DNA of 62,934 nucleotides, the filler included, from a bacterium (GTDB lineage Bacteria > JALSQH01): the NCBI GenBank assembly GCA_027004335.1. It is 12 parts of 12 records of this genome, joined end to end, with 100 filler letters (N's around TTAATTAATTAA, not from the genome) between each part and the next. Parts side by side here need not be neighbours in the genome. Positions count along the whole stretch, not along the records: positions 1 to 5,657 come from JALTID010000001.1; positions 5,758 to 11,409 come from JALTID010000002.1; 10 more parts are not named here. One strand, written 5' to 3'. The position numbers were made by a program, and so were the translations under genes. The notes below the pieces were generated by a model. The model saw nothing but the letters and a program-made list of their open reading frames with translations, was not told where the DNA came from and made no database searches. Shown piece after piece: positions 1 to 7,941 of this stretch; position 1 is the stretch's first letter, and every line of letters begins with the position of its first letter.

Positions 1-142
1 CTTTTAAAAGTCTTATATCAAATAATGAAAGGTCTTTTGTCAACTCCAGCGCACGAAAAGCGTTGTCAAATCTTACAAACACATCTTTCGGTAACAATCC
101 TTTTTTAATTCTTTTAAGAATTTCCTCTTCATAATAAATCAT
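1..142 (-). CDS. RelE/ParE-like type II toxin, N-terminal part (runs off window start)
   Basis: Manual translation MIYYEEEILKRIKKGLLPKDVFVRFDNAFRALELTKDLSLFDIRLLK resembles the RelE N-terminus up to the DIKKLK-type motif. TTGAAT-N17-TACAAT promoter lies directly upstream. Confidence 0.5.
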   Translation of the reverse strand, partial: MIYYEEEILKRIKKGLLPKDVFVRFDNAFRALELTKDLSLFDIRLLK

Positions 143-330
143 CGTATATATATTGTAATACAATTAGCTTAGGCATTCAACCAGGAATATAATCACCATC
201 ACCTCCCCCCATAAGGCATTCTTCTCCATGGGCAGTCAGGAATGGGACAGAGGGGACAGGGGGCAGGAAAGGGGATCTTATCAGCAATAAGTGCGATAGC
301 AATAGAAAGGCAAAAGTATGCTGCCCAGGT

Positions 331-471
331 GTAGTAGTTATGGTAGGAGGAGCCCCCCTGAGCAGGGAAATAGCAGAGGAATATGGCGCAGATGGCTATG
401 CAGACTCAGCTATCACTGTAATTGAAGAAACGAAAAAAGCTGTTAAAAAATCAAAGACAAGATCTTTGTAA
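331..471 (+). pseudogene. C-terminal fragment of a cobalamin-binding (corrinoid) protein
   Basis: Translation VVVMVGGAPLSREIAEEYGADGYADSAITVIEETKKAV matches the corrinoid-protein C-terminal motif VGGAP...GADGYA. The frame is closed upstream at 190-192 and has no DxHxxG region. Confidence 0.65.
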
Positions 472-509
472 AGTAACAATCAATTATTGTTCTCTATTCN
501 NNNNNNNNN

Positions 510-670
510 CTAATATGGTTTAATTCGTTGTGGCAGTTTGTTCTGTCATTTTCGATATCAGAGATCCTTTTTTTAAGCTGTTCACATTCTTCCTGCAATT
601 CCTCATATTTTTCAAGGAGTTGTGAAAATTTATCAATTAAGGTTTTAATATCTTTTAACTGCTCTTCCAT
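510..670 (-). CDS. Small coiled-coil protein, ZapB-like (3' end interrupted by 10-N gap)
   Basis: MEEQLKDIKTLIDKFSQLLEKYEELQEECEQLKKRISDIENDRTNCHNELNHI has a heptad pattern. Its start overlaps the end of the LD-carboxypeptidase gene. Confidence 0.45.
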
Positions 671-1545
671 ACCTTAAATACTCTACTGTAAGTATCTATC
701 TTTGCCATATATCCCAGGGGTAATGAAAATGAGGGGACAGTATGACCTGCAGGAAAACCTGTGACCACCGGAACATTTATTCCCCTAAAAAAATCACTTA
801 TGAACCCATTTGCCTCATAGGGTGTAAAATCCGCTATGGAAATTATGAGACCCTTCACATTGTCAAATTTCCCGGCTAACTTAAGCTGAGTTAACATCCT
901 GTCCCATCTGTAGGGAGGTTCATTTATATCTTCAAGAAATATTACCTTCCCATTAAAATCAGGTTCAAAGGGGGTACCGAGAAGGGAAACTATTATACTG
1001 AGACATCCGCCTACTAAAATACCCTCCCCTTCTCCCTGCTCAGCCACAAGGAGATCACCGGCGGGATACTCATACTCCTCAGGAAGCTCCATAAGCTCTC
1101 TGAGCACCCTCATATTTGTTTCATCTGCAGCGACGCCAAAATCCCCATCTACCATGGGGCCATAAATGGAAGCTATACCTGCTTTAAAATTCAAAAAAAG
1201 ATGAAGGGCAGTTAGATCACTGCTCCCTATAAATAGTTTCGGCTTTTTTTCAAAATCTTCTATTCTCAAATAGGAAAGTAGCTGCATGGTGCCATAGCCT
1301 CCCCTTGCCGCAATGATTCCCTTTATCTGAGGATCGTTATACATCTCAAGGAGATCATAAAGCCTTTCCTTAACCGTGCCTGCAAGATACCCTTTTTTCT
1401 GAAAAAGATTTCTTCCCTCTTTTATTTCAAAACCTGCTTCCTTTAAAACAGCAATTCCCAACTGATATTTTTCCACATCAAAAGGAGACGCAGGAGCAAT
1501 AATTCCCAGTATGTCTCCACTAGTAACAGGTTCGGAAAATCTCAA
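655..1545 (-). CDS. ldcA: LD-carboxypeptidase (peptidase S66, LdcA/MccF family)
   Basis: Motifs IIAPAS, RGGYG, GSSDLT (Ser nucleophile), GGCLS, FLEDINE and GH. Confidence 0.9.
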   Translation of the reverse strand: MRFSEPVTSGDILGIIAPASPFDVEKYQLGIAVLKEAGFEIKEGRNLFQKKGYLAGTVKERLYDLLEMYNDPQIKGIIAARGGYGTMQLLSYLRIEDFEKKPKLFIGSSDLTALHLFLNFKAGIASIYGPMVDGDFGVAADETNMRVLRELMELPEEYEYPAGDLLVAEQGEGEGILVGGCLSIIVSLLGTPFEPDFNGKVIFLEDINEPPYRWDRMLTQLKLAGKFDNVKGLIISIADFTPYEANGFISDFFRGINVPVVTGFPAGHTVPSFSLPLGYMAKIDTYSRVFKVWKSS

Positions 1546-1829
1546 TTTATCCCTCCTTCAAAGGGCTTCTTAACTTTGATCTCTATCTCACCAAAAGTCT
1601 CCTCATACTTTTTTATACTGTTTTGAAGAATCATGAGAAACCTCTTTGCATGAATCGGAGATGTAACAATCCTTGAAACAATATCGGCCACTGGTTCCTG
1701 TGGTTGCACAAACCCAAAGTCAAAGATGAATTCACTCTCGTTAACATGCAAAAAAAGAACATTGGTAAACTCCGGTTTTCTCTTCTCAGGGGGTACATTG
1801 ACCTTTATTTTCTGTTGTTTTTCATCCAT
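1542..1829 (-). CDS. DUF3467 family protein
   Basis: FTN...EFIFDFG...VSRIVTSPIHAKR...YEETFGEI pattern. Confidence 0.85.
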   Translation of the reverse strand: MDEKQQKIKVNVPPEKRKPEFTNVLFLHVNESEFIFDFGFVQPQEPVADIVSRIVTSPIHAKRFLMILQNSIKKYEETFGEIEIKVKKPFEGGIN

Positions 1830-2613
1830 TATTATTCCTCCTAACTTCTCTGATTAGTTCCACCATATCACTATGTATTTTACCATTACTCGCCAGAATA
1901 TCATAGTCTCCTACTTTATATTGAGCACCTCCCATATCCGTCACCTTACCTCCTGCTTCTTCCACAAGCACAATACCTGCTGCTACATCCCAGGGTTTTA
2001 AGCCATATTCCCAGAAGCCATCAAATCTCCCTGAGGCAATATATGCAAGATCAAGAGCCGCAGAACCATCCCGTCTCACCCCCTGAACAGTAATCTGAAA
2101 TTTGTTAAATTCAGGGATGTTTCTCCCTGTGGTTCTCACATCATAGGTAAAACCTGTAGCAACAAGAGAAACAGCTAAGTTACCTATAAAACTTACCTTT
2201 ATACTCTCACCATTTAAAAAGGCACCCCGTTCCCTCTCCGCATAGAAAAGCTCATTTAGAAGCGGATCATAAATCACACCAAATTTTAACTCCCCCTCCT
2301 CAGAATATCCAATGGAAACAGCAAACTTGGGATAATCATGGGCATAATTGGTAGTTCCATCAAGGGGATCAATGATCCACAAACCTCCTCTACCTTCTAA
2401 ATCACCTGATTCCTCAGCAAGAATTTCATCATCTGGGTATCTATCCTTGATTTTTCCAATTATAAATTTTTCACTCTCAAGGTCAACATTGGTAACAAGG
2501 TCTATCTCACCTTTAAACATAATTTCTTTGCTTTTTCCAAAATGCTTCTTGAGAATCTCACCTGCACCTTTTGCAACATCCATTGCAAAATTTAATTTCT
2601 CACTGATCATCAT
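1822..2613 (-). CDS. suhB: Inositol monophosphatase family protein
   Basis: DLVTNVD, WIIDPLDGTTNY, GSAALDLAY and WDVAAG motifs. Confidence 0.95.
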   Translation of the reverse strand: MMISEKLNFAMDVAKGAGEILKKHFGKSKEIMFKGEIDLVTNVDLESEKFIIGKIKDRYPDDEILAEESGDLEGRGGLWIIDPLDGTTNYAHDYPKFAVSIGYSEEGELKFGVIYDPLLNELFYAERERGAFLNGESIKVSFIGNLAVSLVATGFTYDVRTTGRNIPEFNKFQITVQGVRRDGSAALDLAYIASGRFDGFWEYGLKPWDVAAGIVLVEEAGGKVTDMGGAQYKVGDYDILASNGKIHSDMVELIREVRRNNNG

Positions 2614-2814
2614 TTCCTCCAGCTCAATTTAACCTACAATTAGATTATACTCAGGAGGGGGACCACTACAAGAGAATGGAGATAAAGTTTTACGGAACAG
2701 TAAGAGTTTATAAGAAAAAATAAAATATCCAACATAAGTCTATGACATCCAGGTCATAAAAGCTACAATATAATCTGGCAAAAAGGTTGCTAAAGGAAAG
2801 AGAGGAGGAAGATT

Positions 2815-3327
2815 ATGAAGAAAACACTACTTTTTATTACTTTCTTTCTGATTGCGTCACAAACCTATGCCGATGTGATTTTTACACCAATAGAATATTC
2901 AGGAATATCCTACTCTCTGGAAGCAGTTTCAAGTAGTGAGAAAACAACTTCTTCCTATGGAACAACAGCTTTATGGGCAGGAGCAGGAACAGTTGGTTCT
3001 TTTTTCTTTATAAATATGCCCTTTTGGGGGGTAGAGATCTCCATTGAGAAAAGACATTACTTCAAACCAAAAACTTACAAGGGATTGTTCATAAGTGCAT
3101 ATATGGGCATTGCTCTGATGACCGACTTACATACCCTGCTTGACTTTGGTCTCGTTCCAGGAGTCAAACTAAACTATAAGATAAGACCTTCAAAAAATTT
3201 TGCAATAGAGCCATATGTAGGACTTTCAGTTCCTTTTGCCTACTGTCTGACTTATAATGGGCTATATTTTCCCCTTCCTGTACTTACATTGGGAGTAAGG
3301 TTTGGTTTTAATTCTGTGAAAAGGTAA
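2815..3327 (+). CDS. Secreted or outer-membrane beta-strand protein, hypothetical
   Basis: GGAGG RBS, signal peptide with TYA cleavage site, alternating aromatic/hydrophobic strands, C-terminal LGVRFGF. Confidence 0.6.
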   Translation: MKKTLLFITFFLIASQTYADVIFTPIEYSGISYSLEAVSSSEKTTSSYGTTALWAGAGTVGSFFFINMPFWGVEISIEKRHYFKPKTYKGLFISAYMGIALMTDLHTLLDFGLVPGVKLNYKIRPSKNFAIEPYVGLSVPFAYCLTYNGLYFPLPVLTLGVRFGFNSVKR

Positions 3328-3459
3328 AAATCGGGATTTTGCGCAGTAAAGTGCAAAACGGATTTTACTCCTACGGGGGCTTGTGTACCCCTCCTCCTCC
3401 AAAAATTTGTACAATTTGCACAGTAGAATGACTAAATTACGCCAAATTTGGATAGAGGA

Positions 3460-3810
3460 TTATCCAAAGTAAAATTCAAAACATCCCCCCTGTGCCTTCT
3501 TTAAATACTCCCCCACCTCCCTTTCATCCCATCCTGTCGTTTCCTTCAAGCCCTCTTTTATTACTTTTAAGTAGCTTTCTGAAGGTGGGTTTATTTCATT
3601 TTCCCAGCAGACAGGTGTGGTGTAGATTTCGAGGCTGCTTATTTCTCCAAGGTAGATTTTCTTAGGATACCACTCTTTACTTTCCTGTTCCCAAAGATAT
3701 TCAAACTGCCCTTCTGTAAGTTTTCCATCTACAACTTTATAGTAACCTCTTAGAATTTTGGGGATGTCAGTGTATATCACCCGAATCCCTTTAATTTGAC
3801 AGCCTGTCAC
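3460..3810 (-). pseudogene. C-terminal remnant of a gamma-glutamylcyclotransferase-like protein
   Basis: LTEGQF...WY...LGE...NPPSESYLKVIKEGLKET resembles the GGCT-like C-terminal half. The N-terminal YGSN motif is absent and the apparent start overlaps the tRNA promoter. Confidence 0.4.
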
Positions 3811-3823
3811 ATTTTTGTATAAT
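3796..3823 (+). promoter_or_regulatory. sigma70 promoter of the tRNA pair
   Basis: TTGACA (3796-3801), N16, TATAAT (3818-3823), ending 10 nt before tRNA-Lys. Confidence 0.85.
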
Positions 3824-3833
3824 GAGAATGCGT

Positions 3834-3909
3834 GGGCCGCTAGCTCAGGAGGTAGAGCACCGCCCTTTTAAGGCGGGAGTCGCAGGTTCGAATCCTGCGC
3901 GGCTCACCA
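3834..3909 (+). tRNA. tRNA-Lys(TTT)
   Basis: Cloverleaf: acceptor GGGCCGC/GCGGCTC, anticodon stem CCGCC/GGCGG around CTTTTAA, T-loop TTCGAAT, encoded CCA. Confidence 0.97.
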
Positions 3910-3919
3910 TCTACTTTGC

Positions 3920-3997
3920 GTCCCCGTCGTCTAGATAGGTCTAGGACACGGGCCTTTCACGCCCGTAACAGGGGTTCAAATCCCCTCGGGGACGCCA
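3920..3997 (+). tRNA. tRNA-Glu(TTC)
   Basis: Acceptor GTCCCCG/CGGGGAC, anticodon stem CGGGC/GCCCG around CTTTCAC, T-loop TTCAAAT, encoded CCA. Confidence 0.97.
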
Positions 3998-4034
3998 TTT
4001 CTCTCTCAATTTATCAAGAACTACTTCCTCCACT

Positions 4035-4062
4035 TTGACTTTTTCTTAAAAAAAATTATAAT
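4035..4062 (+). promoter_or_regulatory. sigma70 promoter of the lipid kinase gene
   Basis: TTGACT-N16-TATAAT followed by a GAGG RBS. Confidence 0.65.
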
Positions 4063-4087
4063 TTTTTCAAAAAAGCGAGGTTTAAAA

Positions 4088-5059
4088 ATGGGCAAACATA
4101 CAGTTGGCATTATAACCAACATGACCGCCAAGAAGAACAAATCCGGGAAATACAAGAAGGAAGTTCTTCAACCAATTCTGGGAGATCTTGGTATTGTAAT
4201 AGACACATATTCTCTGGAAGATATGAGAAAAGCTGTGGAACGGCTCATGAAAGATGAGGTGACATTTTTAGGTGTGAATGGTGGTGATGGATCACTTCAA
4301 AAAATTCTTACAGAATGGATAAGGCAGGGAGGAGAGGAAAATATTCCCCGGATCATCCCTCTTGCAGGAGGTTCAACCAACGCGCTTATTTACTACACAG
4401 GTAGAAAACCTGAATCACCCGCTTTGACACTCAGAAAATTTGTAAGTAAATTCAAAACTTATTCTTTGATGTACATGGAAAACAATCTCTTAAAAGTTAC
4501 TATGGAGAAAGAGGAATTTCCACCTCAGTATGGAATAACATTTGCAAATGGTGTTATTTACAAATTCATTGAACTATACCTTGAAAATAATAAACCTGGT
4601 GTAAGATGGGTACTGAGAACAATTATGGAGGTAATTGGTGGAATTACCATGAGAATAGAAAGATTCCTTTACTACATTGAAAAAATAAATGCAAAGATCT
4701 ATATTGATGGGAAAGAATATCCATCAAATCAAGTAATTACCTCTATTCTATCTACCCTTAAAACCCCATTCCCAACTCTTACTATTTTCAGAAACACAGA
4801 CAGAGATGTGGAGCAATTTTATTATTTAGTCACTGACCTGAAATTCGCTACAATTGTCAATAACATACATAACATATTTTTTGGGATAGGTGAAGTAATT
4901 AAGGGACCGAACTCAGGAGATATCTGGATAGGCTCAGCAAATCAGATAATTGAGAAGACAAAAGAAGGATTTATTATTGACGGCGAATTATACAAGCCTT
5001 CAGAATGCCAGGATATAATTATTGAATCAGGTCCCACAGTGGCTGTCACCGTTGTTTAA
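4088..5059 (+). CDS. Diacylglycerol/lipid kinase catalytic-domain family protein
   Basis: NGGDGS ATP-binding motif, PLAGGSTN, C-terminal IDGE. Confidence 0.8.
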   Translation: MGKHTVGIITNMTAKKNKSGKYKKEVLQPILGDLGIVIDTYSLEDMRKAVERLMKDEVTFLGVNGGDGSLQKILTEWIRQGGEENIPRIIPLAGGSTNALIYYTGRKPESPALTLRKFVSKFKTYSLMYMENNLLKVTMEKEEFPPQYGITFANGVIYKFIELYLENNKPGVRWVLRTIMEVIGGITMRIERFLYYIEKINAKIYIDGKEYPSNQVITSILSTLKTPFPTLTIFRNTDRDVEQFYYLVTDLKFATIVNNIHNIFFGIGEVIKGPNSGDIWIGSANQIIEKTKEGFIIDGELYKPSECQDIIIESGPTVAVTVV

Positions 5060-5132
5060 CAACAGATACGGCATATTTTTTGCTTCTGGATAAATAGTAA
5101 AAGCTGTGATATATTGTATAGATGGAGGAAAA

Positions 5133-5657
5133 ATGAAAAGGAACTTTTTTTTAATCATTTTTCTATCACTTTTCTTCGGCTTCCAGCTTTACGCCATGGA
5201 TCCAATTCTCTCCCTGACTCTCTCAAGGGCAGAAAACCCTTTTATATCGGGTGCACCTCCCTACCCTCAGCCAATTCATATCCTTGCTGAAAACATAGAC
5301 GCAGAATATTTTAAAAAAATCGCAAAATCCGCAGGAATTTTCATAAAAAGCTGTGGGGATGATTACTGCAATGTTCTTGCAACACCGGAGCAAATAAACA
5401 CCCTTTTAAAGGAGGGGTATGAAGATAACCTTCACATTCCTCTTAAAATGAAACCGCTCCTGAACCTTGTTGTACCTGCTGTAGGTGCCTATGACTGGCA
5501 TACGGGGATAACAACAGAGAAGGATATCACCGGTAAGGGCGTATTGATAGGCGTAATCGATACTGGAGTGGATATTTACCATCCTGATTTTAGAAATCCT
5601 GATGGCTCAACGAGAATCGCCTACCTCTGGGACCAGACAATAGATGAGGGAGAATCC
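5133..5657 (+). CDS. Secreted S8 subtilase, 5' part (truncated by contig end)
   Basis: GGAGG RBS before ATG 5133, signal peptide, [21 protein letters not shown] (catalytic Asp) and [10 protein letters not shown]. Confidence 0.85.
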
Positions 5658-5757
5658 NNNNNNNNNNNNNNNNNNNNNNNNNNNNNNNNNNNNNNNNNNN
5701 NTTAATTAATTAANNNNNNNNNNNNNNNNNNNNNNNNNNNNNNNNNNNNNNNNNNNN
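5658..5757. other. Artificial contig linker (first of 11)
   Basis: 100-nt N44-TTAATTAATTAA-N44. Also at 11410-11509, 17134-17233, 33157-33256, 38854-38953, 44513-44612, 50121-50220, 55725-55824, 57571-57670, 59415-59514 and 61224-61323. Separate 10-N scaffold gaps at 500-509 and 9228-9237. Confidence 0.99.
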
Positions 5758-5855
5758 CCAGATTTGCTAAAAAGATGGTTCCTATAACTCAGGATAAAGG
5801 GAGGGGAGAAATTCTTACCCTACTTTTTTCTTCTAACTCTCAGGAGGTTTGAATT

Positions 5856-5975
5856 GTGAAAAAGTTAATCCCCATCTTTATTGTTCTCTTCTTTATTACT
5901 GCTTCTTGTAAGTCAAAAAAGAATGAGGTGCCACCGACGCAATCTCAGTTATGTAAAAGAGTAATTAGGACATAA
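5856..5975 (+). CDS. 39-aa lipoprotein, probably a truncated paralog of the 38954-40888 lipoprotein
   Basis: AGGAGG RBS and GTG start. MKKLIPIFIVLFFITASCKSKKNEVPPTQSQLCKRVIRT has lipobox TASC and the same C-x8-PT-x4-C-x2-V spacing as the 38954 protein. Confidence 0.6.
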   Translation: MKKLIPIFIVLFFITASCKSKKNEVPPTQSQLCKRVIRT

Positions 5976-6124
5976 AAATTGCGTTAACTTTTATTGCCTA
6001 TTTAATTCTCTTGCTCTATTTAGGATATTGGGGGTCAGTATGTATATGCCCATCTAAGTAAAAAACACTACCATCACTTTTATTCAATTGTCAAAAGCCC
6101 TCCGGTCATTATAATATATTCAAA

Positions 6125-7201
6125 ATGAATGCTGAAAAAATAAATAAAATTTTATGGCTCCTCTTCTGGTTATTGCTTTTTACTATTTTTGCTGTAATTA
6201 TCTTTAAATTTGGAGGGAAAAACCCCAGCGCCCGGCACGGTGTCGCAAAGAAAAAAGGCCCTTATGCACTTAAAGTTGTACCTGGCCCCTCCTATCCTGT
6301 GAGGGAAGTTGAAGGGTATCTCCCTGAGGGGAAAATACTTTTTGGTGAGCTTGTTAGAAGAGGAGTTCCCTCCTTACTCTCTTCTAAATGGAGCAGGAAA
6401 ATAAAGTCCATGGGTATTTACAACCTGAAAGGTGATTGGTTTTTAGCCAGCTGGAGCCCAGAGAGAAATCCATATTATTTTGAGTACCTGAGACCAGAGA
6501 GTTTCATGGTTAAATGGTCCCCCCGGGAGGGCTGGGTTAAAAATAGTTGTGGTAGTCAGAAGTTTTATGTTGCCACAGGATATTTCGGGGTGGAAGGGTT
6601 CTACTGGAGTCTGAGAATGAAAATCCCCGGTAGAATAGTGTACCAGATATGGGATGCGCTTCAATGGAGGGTTCCTGCCCTTCCTCTACTAGAGAAAACA
6701 CGCTGGGAGGTACTCTATACCACAAGAGGAGTTTGCCCGGATAGGCTCCTTTTTTTGAGTCTTGCATATCCAGATGGGATAACTGAAAGTTTTGTTTATT
6801 TCCCCTATAAAGGGGTAAATTATTTTGATGCGAATGGTGGGGGGGTGAGACCTTCCCTCTATCCTCTCTATCCCCCTGGCAATATAGAACTTTTTGAAAA
6901 TGGCATGGTTCTCTTCAAATTCCCTTCATTTATATTAACCCCTTTTTCTGGTAGGGTCGATTCTCTTTCTCCGCTCATTATTTCCAGTAAGGAGGACAAA
7001 ATGAAGTGTGAAACGGAGGAAGGAAAAACCCCCGGTTATCTCAGGAGAGGCGGTCGTATCTCCGCTGGAAGCATAGTGCTTATGGGGGTTAAAAGGGCCA
7101 ATTGCGATGTAACATTGCATAGGGTGGTTCTGCCTTCTTTATTGAAAAAGCAATTTCTTGAGAAATACTTTTCATATTTCTCCTTCTTTGGGGGACATTA
7201 G
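6125..7201 (+). CDS. Membrane-anchored MepM/Csd3-like (M23) protein lacking zinc ligands
   Basis: N-terminal TM helix, Csd3-like middle region (LQW...WEVLY...YFDANG), degenerate M23 region (TPFSGRV, LRRGGRISAGSIV) without HxxxD or HxH. Confidence 0.5.
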   Translation: MNAEKINKILWLLFWLLLFTIFAVIIFKFGGKNPSARHGVAKKKGPYALKVVPGPSYPVREVEGYLPEGKILFGELVRRGVPSLLSSKWSRKIKSMGIYNLKGDWFLASWSPERNPYYFEYLRPESFMVKWSPREGWVKNSCGSQKFYVATGYFGVEGFYWSLRMKIPGRIVYQIWDALQWRVPALPLLEKTRWEVLYTTRGVCPDRLLFLSLAYPDGITESFVYFPYKGVNYFDANGGGVRPSLYPLYPPGNIELFENGMVLFKFPSFILTPFSGRVDSLSPLIISSKEDKMKCETEEGKTPGYLRRGGRISAGSIVLMGVKRANCDVTLHRVVLPSLLKKQFLEKYFSYFSFFGGH

Positions 7202-7941
7202 GGGTATGTCAGGGTGTCAAAGATTTTTTTTGTTTCTTCAGTATATTCTTTCTTTCTGGTGTTTTTATAAATTATCAAGGGTGGAAGGATATGGGCTTCT
7301 TCTCCTCCTTCCCTGATTCCCTCACACAGAATGAAAATAGCCTCTCCATTTTTGTGTGAGTAAACAGGCAATATTTTCTTTGGTGCAATTTTTAATTCTG
7401 TCATGGTGGAGATCATGCTCTGGAGTCTCTTTGCATTGTAAATGATATAGATTTTACCTTTTTTTTTCACTCCCCATGAGAGAAACTTAAGTGCCTCTTT
7501 CAGGCTTCCGGAAATCTCGTGCCTCGCGATTTCTTCAACAGGATCGGGGTTTCGCTTTCCTGCACCCTTTGAGTAATATGGAGGGTTTACTACTCCTACA
7601 TTGTAGCTTTCCTGTTCTACTATTTTCAGCTCCCGATAGTCACCATGGATTATTTCTCCTTTTATTTTTCCATGTATCAAATTCTTACGGGAGAGCTGGA
7701 CCAGAAGAGGTTGAATCTCAACTCCTGTGTAGGAAAAATCAATCCCCCTTTTTTGCAAAAAAAGGGGGATCACACCTTCTCCGCTTCCAGCTTCAAGGAT
7801 CCGTGCATTTTTTTTAAATTTTACAAAGGCTGCTAAGAGGACAGTATCAATAGAAAATCTGTATCCTTTTTTAAGCTGATAAAAAGTTATATTTTCCCAG
7901 CCTGAAAGAGTGAATTCTTTATCCACGAATTTCGGCGGCAA
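7198..7941 (-). CDS. tRNA1(Val) A37 N6-methyltransferase-like SAM methyltransferase
   Basis: YRFSIDTVLLA, EAGSGEG, VEIQ, NPPY and ARHE motifs. Confidence 0.85.
   Translation of the reverse strand: MPPKFVDKEFTLSGWENITFYQLKKGYRFSIDTVLLAAFVKFKKNARILEAGSGEGVIPLFLQKRGIDFSYTGVEIQPLLVQLSRKNLIHGKIKGEIIHGDYRELKIVEQESYNVGVVNPPYYSKGAGKRNPDPVEEIARHEISGSLKEALKFLSWGVKKKGKIYIIYNAKRLQSMISTMTELKIAPKKILPVYSHKNGEAIFILCEGIREGGEEAHILPPLIIYKNTRKKEYTEETKKIFDTLTYP

Noticed and set aside
2348-2632. Many short opposite-strand or nested ORFs in the track (e.g. 2348-2632, 7491-7817, 11534-11860, 34941-35372, 52739-53230)
   Set aside because: They are shadow frames of well-supported genes and show no motifs or RBS.
3834-3997. 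Prophage or integrative element at the tRNA pair
   Set aside because: No integrase, att-like tRNA duplication or phage gene is present on the contig.
5658-5757. TTAATTAATTAA palindrome repeated 11 times
   Set aside because: It is an artificial six-frame-stop linker inside N runs. ORF ends reading XXX or LIN are artefacts of it.
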